DNA from: an uncultured Candidatus Saccharibacteria bacterium
Lineage (GTDB): Bacteria > Patescibacteriota > Minisyncoccia > Phycocordibacterales > Zambryskibacteraceae
Assembly: GCA_964582295.1 (NCBI GenBank)
Contig: CAZOQP010000002.1
Coordinates: 8,563 to 72,562 of the forward strand
DNA: 64,000 bases
Direction: 5' to 3'
The translations under genes and the position numbers were made by a program. Shown here piece by piece: positions 36,585 through 47,107 of the stretch; position 1 is the stretch's first letter; each line of letters begins with the position of its first letter. Under the pieces are notes generated by a model. It saw only the letters and a program-made list of their open reading frames with translations, had not been told where the DNA came from and ran no database searches.

Positions 36585-38297
36585 ATGCTTTCGTACAAAG
36601 GAAGGATAAGACTCTTTTCTATCCTAATTTTCTGCTTCGCTCTGCTTTTGATAGGCCGTCTTTACATCGTCCAGATCGTGAACGGAAGTGATTTTCTATC
36701 GCAGGCGGACAGGCAGTATGTGCGCTCCACTTACGATTATTATGATCGCGGTTCCATATTTTTTGAGACCAAGGATGGCGATATTGTTTCTGCCGCCACT
36801 CTCAAGAGCGGTTTTATTTTGACCGTTCACCCCGATGAAGCGGGAGATGCCACTGCGACATGCCTGGTTTTGGAAGGTATTGTTTCCTTGGATCGTACGG
36901 AATGCATTTCAAAAGTTTCTAAAAAAGGCGACCCGGAGGAACGCCTGGCGAACCGTCTTAACAAAGATACCGCAGATAAAATAAGCGCTTTAGGTCTGCC
37001 TGGCATTCACTTGGTTCAGGAGCGCTGGCGCTTTTACCCGGGAGGGGAAGCTGCAGCCCATGCCGTGGGCTTCATCGGCTACGACAAGAACGATGATGTA
37101 TCAGGACGCTACGGCCTTGAGCGCTTTTATGAAGATACTCTCGGCCGAAACAACAAAGAGGTTTATGCGAATTTTTTCGTGGAAGTTTTCAGCGGCATTA
37201 AAAAAGTGCTTTCAAGCGAAGAAGAACTTGAGGGAGATATCGTGACGACTATAGAGCCGTCGGTTGAATCTTTCCTGGAGAAAAAACTTGGAGAAGTGCA
37301 GGCCGCATATTCATCCGATTACTCGGGCGGGATAATTATGGATCCTTATACGGGTGAGATATATGCAATGGCTATCGTCCCTACATTTGACCCGAACGAC
37401 CTGAAGAAAGAAAAGTCAGTTGATGTTTTTCAGAACAAGTTGGTGGAGAACGTTTTTGAAATGGGCTCTATCATAAAACCGCTCACCATGGCCGCGGCCC
37501 TTGATGTTGGGGCGATAACTCCTAAAACCACTTATTACGATGCCGGCTCTGTTGTTTTGGACGGTAAAAAAATATCCAACTTTGACGGCAGGGGCCGCGG
37601 CACCGCAACAATGCAGGATGTTCTCAATAATTCATTGAACACAGGGATGGTTTTTGTGATGCAGAAGATGGGCTCTAAAACATTTGCTGAATATATGAAA
37701 AATTATGGCCTGGGACAGGAAACGGGAATTGACCTGCCCAATGAAATTCACGGCCTCATTGATAACCTCAACAGCCCCCGGGAAGTTGAATATGCCACAG
37801 CCGCTTTCGGCCAAGGTATTGCCCTTACTCCTTTTGCAACTATCCGCGCCTTAGCTGCACTCGGCAATGGCGGTGTATTACCCGACCCTCATTTGGTGAA
37901 GAAAATAAATTACCGCCTGGGAGGGGGTAAAAGTGTCACTCCTAATCCGGAGAACCGGGTGTTGAAAACAGAAACATCTGAAACCATCACCGGCATGCTC
38001 GTGAAAGTGGTGGACGAAGCGCTTTTAGGAGGAAGCGTGAAGATACCAGATCATTCGGTGGCAGCAAAAACAGGTACTGCCCAAGTGGTGAAAGACGGCT
38101 CGTATTCCGAAGATCGCTATCTCCACTCTTTTTTCGGATATTTTCCGGCGTATCATCCGCGTTTTATAGTTTTTCTTTTCACTATGCATCCGAAAGGAGT
38201 TAAATATGCTTCGGAAACCCTCACTCATCCGTTTATGGATATAACCAAATTCCTGATAAACTACTACGAAATACCTCCCGATCGTGGAACCATATAA
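36585..38297 (+). CDS. ftsI: septal peptidoglycan transpeptidase PBP3
   Basis: RGSIF, R.YP, GSIIKP, SLN, KTGTAQ. Confidence 0.9.
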   Translation: MLSYKGRIRLFSILIFCFALLLIGRLYIVQIVNGSDFLSQADRQYVRSTYDYYDRGSIFFETKDGDIVSAATLKSGFILTVHPDEAGDATATCLVLEGIVSLDRTECISKVSKKGDPEERLANRLNKDTADKISALGLPGIHLVQERWRFYPGGEAAAHAVGFIGYDKNDDVSGRYGLERFYEDTLGRNNKEVYANFFVEVFSGIKKVLSSEEELEGDIVTTIEPSVESFLEKKLGEVQAAYSSDYSGGIIMDPYTGEIYAMAIVPTFDPNDLKKEKSVDVFQNKLVENVFEMGSIIKPLTMAAALDVGAITPKTTYYDAGSVVLDGKKISNFDGRGRGTATMQDVLNNSLNTGMVFVMQKMGSKTFAEYMKNYGLGQETGIDLPNEIHGLIDNLNSPREVEYATAAFGQGIALTPFATIRALAALGNGGVLPDPHLVKKINYRLGGGKSVTPNPENRVLKTETSETITGMLVKVVDEALLGGSVKIPDHSVAAKTGTAQVVKDGSYSEDRYLHSFFGYFPAYHPRFIVFLFTMHPKGVKYASETLTHPFMDITKFLINYYEIPPDRGTI

Positions 38298-38302
38298 AGA
38301 AA

Positions 38303-39607
38303 ATGCTGAAAGATATATTTAAGAGGATAGTGGTGTGGAAGCTCACATGGCTTGCAAAAAAAGTCCTTGCAAAATACAACCCCAGGATAATTGCCGTTAC
38401 CGGCTCGGTGGGAAAGACGGGGACCAAGGACGCTATTTTCGCAGCTATTGCGCCGCGTTTTAATGTGCGGAAGAGCGAAAAAAGCTTCAACAGTGAGATA
38501 GGTATTCCTCTGACTATTCTCGGATGCGGCAATGCCTGGGCCAATCCGATATTGTGGATAGATAATTTTTTGCACGGCCTGCATCTTCTTCTTGTGCGAG
38601 CCGATTACCCGGACTGGCTGGTACTTGAAGTGGGGGCAGACAGGCCAGGTGATATTCAAAGTGTTTCCGAATGGCTTGCTCCGGATATAGTGGTCATTAC
38701 CCGTATTCCCAAAGTGCCTGTGCATGTGGAATATTTTTCATCACCCTTTGATGTTTCTCGCGAGAAAATGTTCCTTGCGAAAGCCTTGAAGCAAGACGGT
38801 GTTTTAATACTTAATGCGGATGACGAAGATGTGATGCTTCTGGGTGCGGAAATTGAAAGAAAAAAAGTAACGTACGGGGTTTTTAAAGACGCGGATGTTG
38901 AAGCGGGGGATATTCTGGTGAGATCTGAAGTAATAAATAAAGCGGACCTACCTACTGGTATTACCTTTGAAATAAGAACTGGCGGGGGAAGGGCCGATGT
39001 TTCCGTGAACGGCGTGGTAGGGGCTCAAACACCCCTTTCCGCGGCCGCGGCGGCTGCTGTAGGCATAGAGATGGGGCTTTCTCTTGGAGAGGTAGCAGAC
39101 AATTTGAAAGGACTTGAAACTCCTACAGGAAGAATGCGGATTATACGGGGCGTAAAAGACACTACGATAATAGATGATACGTATAATTCCTCTCCTTCGG
39201 CAGTTGAAGCAGCACTTGAAGCTTTAAATGCTATAACTGTGAGCGGTAGAAAAATAGCGGTGCTCGGGGATATGCTTGAGCTCGGAAGATTTTCCATAGA
39301 TGAGCATAAACGCATCGGTGCGGAGGTTGCGAAAATAGCGGACATCCTTGTAACGATCGGCGTACGTGCGCGCGGTATGGCAGAGGGGGCTCTTCAGTCC
39401 CGCAGAGCCGGGAAAAAAATATTTCAATATGAAGATCCGAGGGCGGCAGGAAGGGAGATTGAGCAGATGCTCAAAGCCGGTGACATCATTTTAGTGAAAG
39501 GTTCCCAAGGTGCCCGCACGGAAAAATTTGTTGAAGAGATAATGGCAGAACCCGAGCGAAAAGGAGAACTCTTGGTCCGTCAATCTAAAGAGTGGGTTTA
39601 TCGCTAG
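38303..39607 (+). CDS. murF: UDP-MurNAc-tripeptide:D-Ala-D-Ala ligase
   Basis: TGSVGKT, N.EIG.PLT, DDTYNSSP, LGDMLELG, VKGS. Confidence 0.92.
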   Translation: MLKDIFKRIVVWKLTWLAKKVLAKYNPRIIAVTGSVGKTGTKDAIFAAIAPRFNVRKSEKSFNSEIGIPLTILGCGNAWANPILWIDNFLHGLHLLLVRADYPDWLVLEVGADRPGDIQSVSEWLAPDIVVITRIPKVPVHVEYFSSPFDVSREKMFLAKALKQDGVLILNADDEDVMLLGAEIERKKVTYGVFKDADVEAGDILVRSEVINKADLPTGITFEIRTGGGRADVSVNGVVGAQTPLSAAAAAAVGIEMGLSLGEVADNLKGLETPTGRMRIIRGVKDTTIIDDTYNSSPSAVEAALEALNAITVSGRKIAVLGDMLELGRFSIDEHKRIGAEVAKIADILVTIGVRARGMAEGALQSRRAGKKIFQYEDPRAAGREIEQMLKAGDIILVKGSQGARTEKFVEEIMAEPERKGELLVRQSKEWVYR

Positions 39608-39716
39608 GTGGGTTTTACAGGCCCGAGGGAGAGTGATAGGGTGATGCCAGAACACCCTATTTAGGGTGATGGTTATTTGTAAACCACTTAAGAAAACACA
39701 CAAAAAGGAGCTTCAC

Positions 39717-42700
39717 GTGCTTACTCGTTTGTATCGTCAGATGAAGGATGGCCTGGAGTACTGTTTCTATATTGAGACAGAGGAAGGGTTGTCTGCAGAA
39801 ATGTTGGAAAAGATCACCTGGCTTATCCAGGAGACGTTCGAACCATTGTCAGCTAGACCGCTATCATTTTTTGCTTCAGAAGAAAAAGTGGTGGAAATAG
39901 GTCCTCGGATTTCGATCGAAACGCCTCTCTCTTCTAACGCAGTTTCGATCTGCCGTGCAATGGGAATCCCGCAGATAACTCGTATTGAGCGTTCTCGCCG
40001 CCATGCTGTTCGTAAAAATGGGGTTGAGCCCGTTATGGACCGCATGACAGAAGAAATATACACGTGCGGGCTCGAGAACTTTGATACCGGTATTACGCCG
40101 GAAGGTGTTAGGACGATCAATGTCATGAGGCGTGGAAAAACCGCTCTTGAAGAGATCAACACTGCCCTTGGGCTCGGGATGGATGCTCACGACATTGAGT
40201 ATTACTATCGTCTCTTTTCAGAAGTTCTGAAAAGAGATCCGACCGATGTTGAACTGTTCCAACTCGGCAATGCTAACAGCGAGCACAGCCGGCACTGGTA
40301 TTTCAAGGGACAAATTGTCATTGATGGAGTAGAGATGGATCGGACTCTCATGGATATAGTCCAAAGTCCGCTCCAGAGTATGGAAAATCTAGGATGTAGT
40401 CTGGTTGCCTTCCGAGACAATGCGGGGGTCATTATTGGCCCCACACCCGTGGTGACTGTTCTTGTACCGGAAATACCCGGCAAATGTTCGGAGCTTGTAC
40501 TCCACAGGAGGATCGTGGATATCACCTGTACTGCAGAGACGCATAACCATCCGACGTTCGTTGCACCTTTTCCAGGCGCCCAAACGGGTTCCGGTGGAAG
40601 GATACGCGACAACACTGCGGTTGGTCGCGGCGGCATTACAGGGATAGGTGCTGCCGGATATTTTGTAGGCAATCTTTTCATTCCTGGATATGAAATTCCG
40701 GGAGAAGTTGTCGGCAAAGACAAGCCATCTAGATACGCTTCGCCCCTCTCTATTCTCATTGAGGGTTCAAACGGCGTATCAAGCTACGGCAACCAGTTCG
40801 GAGAACCGCTTACTTTGGGGTTCACCAGAACTTTCGGGCAGATGGTGGATGGTGAGTGGCGCGAACCACGCAAACCCATCCTCTATAGTGGCGGTGTCGG
40901 TCATTTGTTTGGCGAACACGTCACGAAGGAGGCACCTGAAGTCGGAATGCTTATCGTACGTATTGGTGGCCCCGCATATCCTATTGGGGTAGGCGGAGGC
41001 AGCGCATCAAGCATGATGCAAGGTCAAAATACCGAAGCGCTTGATTTCAATTCCGTTCAGCGTGGAAATGCTGAGATGGAAAATCGAGCTAATCGGGTTA
41101 TTCGGGCCTGTGCGGAAATGGGAAATGAAAATCCTATTTCAAGCATTCACGATCAAGGTGCGGGTGGTCCAAGCAATGTTTTGACGGAACTCATGGAGCC
41201 GCTTGGCGGTACCATAGATATCTGGAAAATCGTTCTTGGCGACAAAACGATGTCGGTACTGCAGATATGGAGTGCTGAATTCCAGGAAGGATACGGACTG
41301 CTGGTGAGGCCGGAAAATATCGGACTCTTTCAGTCAGTCTGTAAGAGAGAACGTGTCAATTGCGAAGTTCTGGGAGTCATAGATGGCGGCGGAAAAGTTG
41401 TCGTTGAAGACTCTCAAAATGGAACAAAGCCCGTCGATCTCAATCTGGAGCAAATTCTCACGAATATGCCCCGGAAAACATTCAAGACAAACTGGCGTCT
41501 GAGAGATCTCAAACCTCTGGCTCTGCCGGAAATGGGTGTGGGGGAAGCGATAGAAAAAGTTTTCAAACTCCCCTCGGTAGGTTCAAAAGGATTCCTTGTC
41601 CATAAAGTGGACAGGAGCGTGACTGGTCTTGTCGCACAGCAGCAATGCTGCGGTATTGCTCAGATCCCGATATCGAATGTGAGCATCAATGCGCAGAGTC
41701 ATTTCGATATGACTGGAGCGGCAAGTGCACTCGGCGAGCAGCCAATCAAGATGCTCATTGATCCGAAAGCTGGAGCCAGAATGGCGGTAGGAGAAATGCT
41801 TACCAATATGGCTTCCGCTAGGATAACGGATATCGTTGATATCCGTTGCCGTGCGAACTGGATGTGGCCCGCGAAGCTTCCTCACGAAGGCGCCCTCCTC
41901 TATGATGCCGCAGTTGCGATGTCCGATCTTATGATCGAACTTGGTATTGCGGTTGACGGAGGAAAGGACAGTCTTTCAATGGCCGCGGATGTATCGGGAG
42001 AAATTGTAAAAGCTCCTGGCAGTCTTGTGGTCAAGGGATACGCGCCTGTTGCTGATATCATAAAAAAGCTTACACCCGACATTAAAAAAGCGGGGCAGAG
42101 CTTGCTTGTACTGTTAGATCTCGGGCAGGGTAAAAATCGCCTTGGCGGTTCAGCCCTCGCCCAAGCATTTGATCAGCTTGGCAACGAAACACCCGATGTT
42201 GATACTCCAAGGCTCCTCAAGAATGCATTTCTTGCGGTGCAAAGGATGATAGACGAAGGATTAGTACTTGCTTTGCATGACAGAAGCGACGGGGGTCTCA
42301 TAACTGCCGTTGCCGAGATGTGTATGGCGAGCCGGTGCGGGTTTTCTCTCCGGGTATCAACTCGTGAAAATGTGCTAACGGAGTTGTTTTCCGAGGAACT
42401 GGGTTTTGTCATGGAGGTGGAGAAAGGATGTTATTCGCAACTTGAAAATGTTGCGGATGCTTTCGATCTCCAAATGACAATAATCGGCCAGACTGTGAGT
42501 AATTCGCTTTGCACTATCAGCACAGAGAAAGAATCGTTGTTCCAGAGTGTTATAACGGAACTGCGATATTGGTGGGAATCCACAAGTGCAAAAATTGAAG
42601 AACTCCAGATGGATCCCGGATGTGCGAAGGCAGAGTATTGCCGGCATCAAAGTCAGCTTTATCGGGATGGTAATACTGCTCCATCGTACAAGCTCACCTT

Positions 42701-43547
42701 TGAGCCGATATGGACTTCCCCGGAAATTCTGAATGCTTCGGATAACCCACGCGTGGCAATTGTGCGCGAGGAAGGAACGAACGGAGATAGGGAAATGTCG
42801 TCTGCTTTCAAGGCGGCAGGACTTCGTCCTTACGACATCAATATGGAAGATCTCCTGTCGGGCGACGCGAATCTGGATACATTCCAGGGCATCGTTTTTC
42901 CCGGAGGGTTCTCCTATATGGATGTATGTGACAGCGCCAAAGGCTGGGCCGGAGCCATCCGCTTCAATGACAAGCTCCGTCGAATGTTCGACCGTTTCTG
43001 TGCAAGAGAGGATACTTTCTCGCTCGGTGTGTGCAATGGTGCACAGCTCATGGCGTTACTCGGATGGGTTCCGCAGAAGGGGATTGAGGAGGAAAAACAA
43101 CCGAGATTCATTCATAATGTTTCCGGCAGGTTTGAATCCCGGTGGGCACAGGTAGAAATCCTGCCGAGCCCAGCCATCCTTTTTTCTGGGATGGAAGGGT
43201 CACGGCTCGGTGTGTGGGTGGCACATGGTGAAGGTCAACTAGTCTATCCTGATCAGTTGATCGGGGAAGAGGTGATGAAGAATAACCTTGCACCACTCGC
43301 CTACATAGACCCGCATGGTAATCCGACAGGGGAGTATCCGTACAACCCGAACGGTTCACCAGGAGGGATAACGGCACTCTGTTCGCCGGACGGCCGTCAT
43401 CTTGCGATGATGCCCCATCCGGAAAGATGTTTTCTCAAGTGGCAGTGGCCGTATATGCCACAAGAGTGGAATGATCGCCTGGAGACTTCTCCATGGCTCA
43501 AGATGTTTCAGAATGCCCGAAGTTGGGCACTGGCGCATCGGGGCTAA
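39717..43547 (+). CDS. purL: phosphoribosylformylglycinamidine synthase, large single-chain form
   Basis: NSEHSRHWYF, ETHNHP, GGRIRD, DGGKDSLSM, GVCNG nucleophile, MMPHPER; AAGGAG before GTG 39717. Confidence 0.95.
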   Translation: MLTRLYRQMKDGLEYCFYIETEEGLSAEMLEKITWLIQETFEPLSARPLSFFASEEKVVEIGPRISIETPLSSNAVSICRAMGIPQITRIERSRRHAVRKNGVEPVMDRMTEEIYTCGLENFDTGITPEGVRTINVMRRGKTALEEINTALGLGMDAHDIEYYYRLFSEVLKRDPTDVELFQLGNANSEHSRHWYFKGQIVIDGVEMDRTLMDIVQSPLQSMENLGCSLVAFRDNAGVIIGPTPVVTVLVPEIPGKCSELVLHRRIVDITCTAETHNHPTFVAPFPGAQTGSGGRIRDNTAVGRGGITGIGAAGYFVGNLFIPGYEIPGEVVGKDKPSRYASPLSILIEGSNGVSSYGNQFGEPLTLGFTRTFGQMVDGEWREPRKPILYSGGVGHLFGEHVTKEAPEVGMLIVRIGGPAYPIGVGGGSASSMMQGQNTEALDFNSVQRGNAEMENRANRVIRACAEMGNENPISSIHDQGAGGPSNVLTELMEPLGGTIDIWKIVLGDKTMSVLQIWSAEFQEGYGLLVRPENIGLFQSVCKRERVNCEVLGVIDGGGKVVVEDSQNGTKPVDLNLEQILTNMPRKTFKTNWRLRDLKPLALPEMGVGEAIEKVFKLPSVGSKGFLVHKVDRSVTGLVAQQQCCGIAQIPISNVSINAQSHFDMTGAASALGEQPIKMLIDPKAGARMAVGEMLTNMASARITDIVDIRCRANWMWPAKLPHEGALLYDAAVAMSDLMIELGIAVDGGKDSLSMAADVSGEIVKAPGSLVVKGYAPVADIIKKLTPDIKKAGQSLLVLLDLGQGKNRLGGSALAQAFDQLGNETPDVDTPRLLKNAFLAVQRMIDEGLVLALHDRSDGGLITAVAEMCMASRCGFSLRVSTRENVLTELFSEELGFVMEVEKGCYSQLENVADAFDLQMTIIGQTVSNSLCTISTEKESLFQSVITELRYWWESTSAKIEELQMDPGCAKAEYCRHQSQLYRDGNTAPSYKLTFEPIWTSPEILNASDNPRVAIVREEGTNGDREMSSAFKAAGLRPYDINMEDLLSGDANLDTFQGIVFPGGFSYMDVCDSAKGWAGAIRFNDKLRRMFDRFCAREDTFSLGVCNGAQLMALLGWVPQKGIEEEKQPRFIHNVSGRFESRWAQVEILPSPAILFSGMEGSRLGVWVAHGEGQLVYPDQLIGEEVMKNNLAPLAYIDPHGNPTGEYPYNPNGSPGGITALCSPDGRHLAMMPHPERCFLKWQWPYMPQEWNDRLETSPWLKMFQNARSWALAHRG

Positions 43548-43562
43548 AGGCGATGCTTTACT

Positions 43563-43636
43563 AAAAGCTCCCGTTCTAGTGAACGGGAGCTTTTTCGTGC
43601 AACAAAACAGCTCGTCGCGAGTAGCGACGAGCTGTG
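43563..43636. terminator. paired hairpins between convergent purL and purM
   Basis: AAAAGCTCCCGTTC-TAGT-GAACGGGAGCTTTT and ACAGCTCGTCGC-GAGTA-GCGACGAGCTGT. Confidence 0.75.
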
Positions 43637-43650
43637 AACAATACGAACGT

Positions 43651-44784
43651 TTAACGCACGGCGAGTGTTTCGGCGGAGAATTCCAGATTTTCCGGTCGAA
43701 TGACAACTTTCTTCACTTTACTCTTCTCAATGTAGCCAGCATGTGTAACGGCATACTCAAATCCGGCAGTCTCACGGGCAACCCTCAATACTTTTTTGAC
43801 GTCTCGTGCGGGAACATAAAGTGCAAAACCTGCTCCCATATTGAAGTTCCCGTACATCTCCCTGTTACTGATCCGCCCGCTCTTTTGAATGAATCGAAAA
43901 ATATGCAGATCTGGTGGCATCTTTTCGATTACATAAGAGAAACTCCCGGGAGCTCGCATGAGCTTTCGCCATCCGTGACCAGTTATATTCACGGCATAGT
44001 GTATGTTCACCCCTGCTGTCAGACAATTTTCAACAAGAGGAACATAGATGCGAGTGGGTTTCAGAAGCACTTCCCCGTAGGTACCCCCGTCGCTGAATGG
44101 GGTCAGATATTTCTTGGGAAGTTTTTCCGCGATCTCTCGTGCGAGAGTCAGGCCATTTGCATGAATGCCCGAACTTTCTACAAGAAGGATCGCATCACCG
44201 TCCCGAATATTTGCAGGGTTGATTAGCCGCTTTTTATCAGTGATGATCCCAACAGTTGCGCCTGCAAGGTCTGCTGTTCCGGGAACGATGATGCCCTTGA
44301 GTGTGGGTGTTTCTCCACCACCCCACACTGCGCCAGCTATATCACATGCGTTTCGAGTGCCATTGATCAGACTCTGCCCCCGGCCTTTATCATCGAACCA
44401 TTCTGATTCTCCGACGGCCAGATACTGGCCGTATATGAGTGGAGAGGCGCCAACAGTGATGAGATCGTTGAAGGCCATAGCGGCATTACATTGCGCCACA
44501 TTGTAGTAAAGAGATCTACCATGGCTTCCTTTCATCTGCATTGCCAGTTGGTAGGCATCGGCAACCAAGTTTTTGGTACCCAATCCTTCAGTGACAAAGG
44601 CAAGGTAGCCGAGCGGTGTCTCCACAACAAAGGCACTTTCTCCTCTGCTCCAAGGAAGGACAGAGCATCCAAACCGGTGTGCATGGTGATTGGTCTCAGT
44701 GGCGGCTTGTTGCGCGTCTGTTTTGAAAGGGTCCATAGAGTTGTAGTCAACTCCAGCTCCTGCATACGTCATCCTTTTTGTCAT
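43651..44784 (-). CDS. purM: AIR synthase (phosphoribosylformylglycinamidine cyclo-ligase)
   Basis: TYAGAGVD, EGLGTK, GGET, SSGIHANG, NITGHG, FNMGAG. Confidence 0.9.
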   Translation of the reverse strand: MTKRMTYAGAGVDYNSMDPFKTDAQQAATETNHHAHRFGCSVLPWSRGESAFVVETPLGYLAFVTEGLGTKNLVADAYQLAMQMKGSHGRSLYYNVAQCNAAMAFNDLITVGASPLIYGQYLAVGESEWFDDKGRGQSLINGTRNACDIAGAVWGGGETPTLKGIIVPGTADLAGATVGIITDKKRLINPANIRDGDAILLVESSGIHANGLTLAREIAEKLPKKYLTPFSDGGTYGEVLLKPTRIYVPLVENCLTAGVNIHYAVNITGHGWRKLMRAPGSFSYVIEKMPPDLHIFRFIQKSGRISNREMYGNFNMGAGFALYVPARDVKKVLRVARETAGFEYAVTHAGYIEKSKVKKVVIRPENLEFSAETLAVR

Positions 44785-44896
44785 TTCCGTTGCCTCTGCT
44801 TAGTATTGTGAGAAGTGCTGTTCCAGCGCCGATACTAAAGAAAAATCCCTAAAAAGCAAATTATTAAAAACAACAACGCCTCGTGACCATAAGTGG

Positions 44897-45289
44897 TCAC
44901 GAGGCGTACAAATATGGCTTGAGCGAGTACAGACCTCTTTGAAATCGTGCGGTTGAGAGGAATCGTTCATAGTACCTCTCCCATTCCGGATCGAACTCCC
45001 GGACACAGACGATGAGACCCATGGATTTTCTGATTCTCCGGAGCTCCAGATAATACTGAAGGTCAAGGAGGGTTCTTTTGGATATTCCGAAGATCCCGAA
45101 GTCGTCACATACCTCTATGAGCTTGTGTCGAACCTGCTCTGTTCTTTCTTTTCCCATACACCCTTTTTCGTAGAACTCATAGGGGAGTGCCCGAAACGGA
45201 TTGATGGGGGCATTTCCCTGCGAGGCCACGAACTTCATGATGTCGTCGGTTCGATTAGCCAGGCGCGAAGGAGTGGATGTATAAACCAC
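44897..45289 (-). CDS. hypothetical protein, possible nucleoside-deoxyribosyltransferase-like fold
   Basis: VYTSTP, PINPF, LIEVCD.F.IFGIS; hairpin at 44876-44907. Confidence 0.45.
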   Translation of the reverse strand: MVYTSTPSRLANRTDDIMKFVASQGNAPINPFRALPYEFYEKGCMGKERTEQVRHKLIEVCDDFGIFGISKRTLLDLQYYLELRRIRKSMGLIVCVREFDPEWERYYERFLSTARFQRGLYSLKPYLYAS

Positions 45290-45372
45290 TCTAGGCTCGT
45301 GTACTACTGATTGAAGCGTTCAGGCTCCGGTTAAAGTCCGCGGCTCATCTTATAGAAATTATGAAAAAGTGT

Positions 45373-45699
45373 CTATTTTCGTACCACGAATGAATCCACC
45401 TTTACTGCTCCGTTATCATCTGTTGAGTAGGTAAAATCTGCCACATAAGCTACATGGCCATCTTCATATGCGACGGTACCCGTGCCTGCGTTCGCTTCCA
45501 CTTCCGTTACATAGAATTTGCCCCCGAGCACTTCTTTTTCGGGAGATAATTCTGAAATATTTTGCTTCACATACTCTTCAATGCTTACTCCCTGCAAGGC
45601 CGACTTTGCTTCTCCAGTAAAATTATTCGAAAGAGAAAGGGCATACCCGACAATTCCCGCTATCAGAAGAATCACAGCAATTAAAATAACTTTTTTCAT
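45373..45699 (-). CDS. hypothetical membrane-anchored protein
   Basis: NISELSP..EVLGG.FYVT...V.YEDGH; TATAAT 6 nt before ATG. Confidence 0.7.
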   Translation of the reverse strand: MKKVILIAVILLIAGIVGYALSLSNNFTGEAKSALQGVSIEEYVKQNISELSPEKEVLGGKFYVTEVEANAGTGTVAYEDGHVAYVADFTYSTDDNGAVKVDSFVVRK

Positions 45700-45839
45700 A
45701 TATTCATTATAAACAACGGCGAAAGAAGGTTTGTCTTACTTATACATTAATAGAAAGGGAGTAAATTGAGAAAGACAACAGAAAACCCGCTGCCGATACA
45801 GCCGACAGAAAGTTTCTGTTAGTGGCTCGGGAGCGGGCG

Positions 45840-46163
45840 TTACTTTGATTCGAGAATTTTTCGAAGCGCTTTCCAGGTACGATCAATCCGGTTGACCAGT
45901 CTGTAGATTTGCTGACCTTTGTCAGAAAGATTGAATTGTCGGTTGTCCCAGAGAGTGCTAGTCCGCGGCTGCGTTTCGACGATCAAACTCTTCTCTTTGA
46001 GCTTGTTAATCAAATTGAACCGCGTCTTACCACCGCCAGCCTTGAAGATGGACGACGGCCCGATGAGATCTCCAATTTGAGAGGTATCGAGAGTGCCATG
46101 CTTTCCAAGCACTTCAATCACTCGAAGCTCACCTGTGGAGAGCAATTTTCCTTCAGATTCCAT
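45840..46163 (-). CDS. winged-helix DNA-binding-like protein
   Basis: E..VI.VL..HG.L...QI...L..K.LI....F.LS.KG; AAGGAGG SD. Confidence 0.55.
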   Translation of the reverse strand: MESEGKLLSTGELRVIEVLGKHGTLDTSQIGDLIGPSSIFKAGGGKTRFNLINKLKEKSLIVETQPRTSTLWDNRQFNLSDKGQQIYRLVNRIDRTWKALRKILESK

Positions 46164-46225
46164 TTAAAATCCTCCTTGAAGTTCTTAGGGTTTAATATCA
46201 TGTTATATAGACTGTGTCAATGGTG

Positions 46226-46297
46226 TGACCCTACCGGGAATCGAACCCGGGTTTGAAGCTTGAGAAGCTTCCGTCCTAGCCGCTAGACGATAGGGCC
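46226..46297 (-). tRNA. tRNA-Glu(CTC)
   Basis: GGCCCTA/TAGGGTC acceptor stem, GAAGC-TT CTC AA-GCTTC anticodon arm, GGTTCGATTCC. Confidence 0.95.
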
Positions 46298-46324
46298 GTG
46301 CTTTGGCAGAATAACGAATAAAGA

Positions 46325-46597
46325 ATGACGAATCAAGAAACATTTTTCACTCGCTCGGTTATAAAAGTCGTAAAATCGATTCCTAAAGGCAAAACACTTT
46401 CATATGGAGAGGTCGCTCGTCGCGCGGGTAATCCAGGTGCGGCGAGAGCCGTGGGAAGCATTATGAAAAATAATCACGATAAAAAAGTTCCGTGTCATCG
46501 TGTGATACATTCAGACGGCAGGGTGGGGGATTACAACGGTGGCGGAGAAAAACAAAAGCGCGCACTTCTCGTGAAAGAAGGCGCGCTTACCGGTTGA
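46325..46597 (+). CDS. ogt: O6-methylguanine-DNA methyltransferase (MGMT, C-terminal domain only)
   Basis: IPKG...SYGEVA...G.PGAARAVG, VPCHRV with active Cys. Confidence 0.88.
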   Translation: MTNQETFFTRSVIKVVKSIPKGKTLSYGEVARRAGNPGAARAVGSIMKNNHDKKVPCHRVIHSDGRVGDYNGGGEKQKRALLVKEGALTG

Positions 46598-46607
46598 TCC
46601 CGGCGGG

Positions 46608-46964
46608 TTAGCAGTTTATGTACGGGCTGCCATCGTAGCGGCGGCCGACAAAGAGGTCGTTCTGCCGCTCGCCATAAAAGGAGCATTGCTGCTGAGTTCG
46701 TCCATATCGCGTAGTGGCGACAACCAGTCCCTGCCAGTATGCCGGGCAAGAGCTCGTAGAATACGAGCAGTCCTCGCTCGGCAGGTTGAGAGGATCCATC
46801 TCAGCTTTGGCGTAGGGCGGCATCAGGACCCGCTTGGGTCCGATGTCGATCGTGACACTGTCGGCATCACTGTACGCGATGATGAAGAACGAACGATCGG
46901 TGAGCATGGTGTCGCCGCACCCGATAAGGGAAATTGCGATGAGCACTTTGATGAACTTTTTCAA
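46608..46964 (-). CDS. GC-rich putative lipoprotein
   Basis: MKKFIKVLIAISLIGC lipobox; TTGACA-N16-TATACT promoter at about 47001-47028. Confidence 0.55.
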   Translation of the reverse strand: MKKFIKVLIAISLIGCGDTMLTDRSFFIIAYSDADSVTIDIGPKRVLMPPYAKAEMDPLNLPSEDCSYSTSSCPAYWQGLVVATTRYGRTQQQCSFYGERQNDLFVGRRYDGSPYINC

Positions 46965-47107
46965 TGGCGTCTCCGGTTGAGGTTGGCTGTGTCTATATAC
47001 AGTATAGCATATACTAGTATTTTGTCAAGGGGATAAAAAGCTTGATTTTGAGGCCTATAAAAGCGACGATAAGGAAGCAGGATTTAACCGATAATAATAA
47101 AAAATTC

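Noticed and set aside
43471-44226. 251 aa plus-strand ORF
   Set aside because: Antisense to purM and crosses the terminator
46221-46226. Encoded CCA on tRNA-Glu
   Set aside because: The sequence after the discriminator is CACCA, offset by two bases
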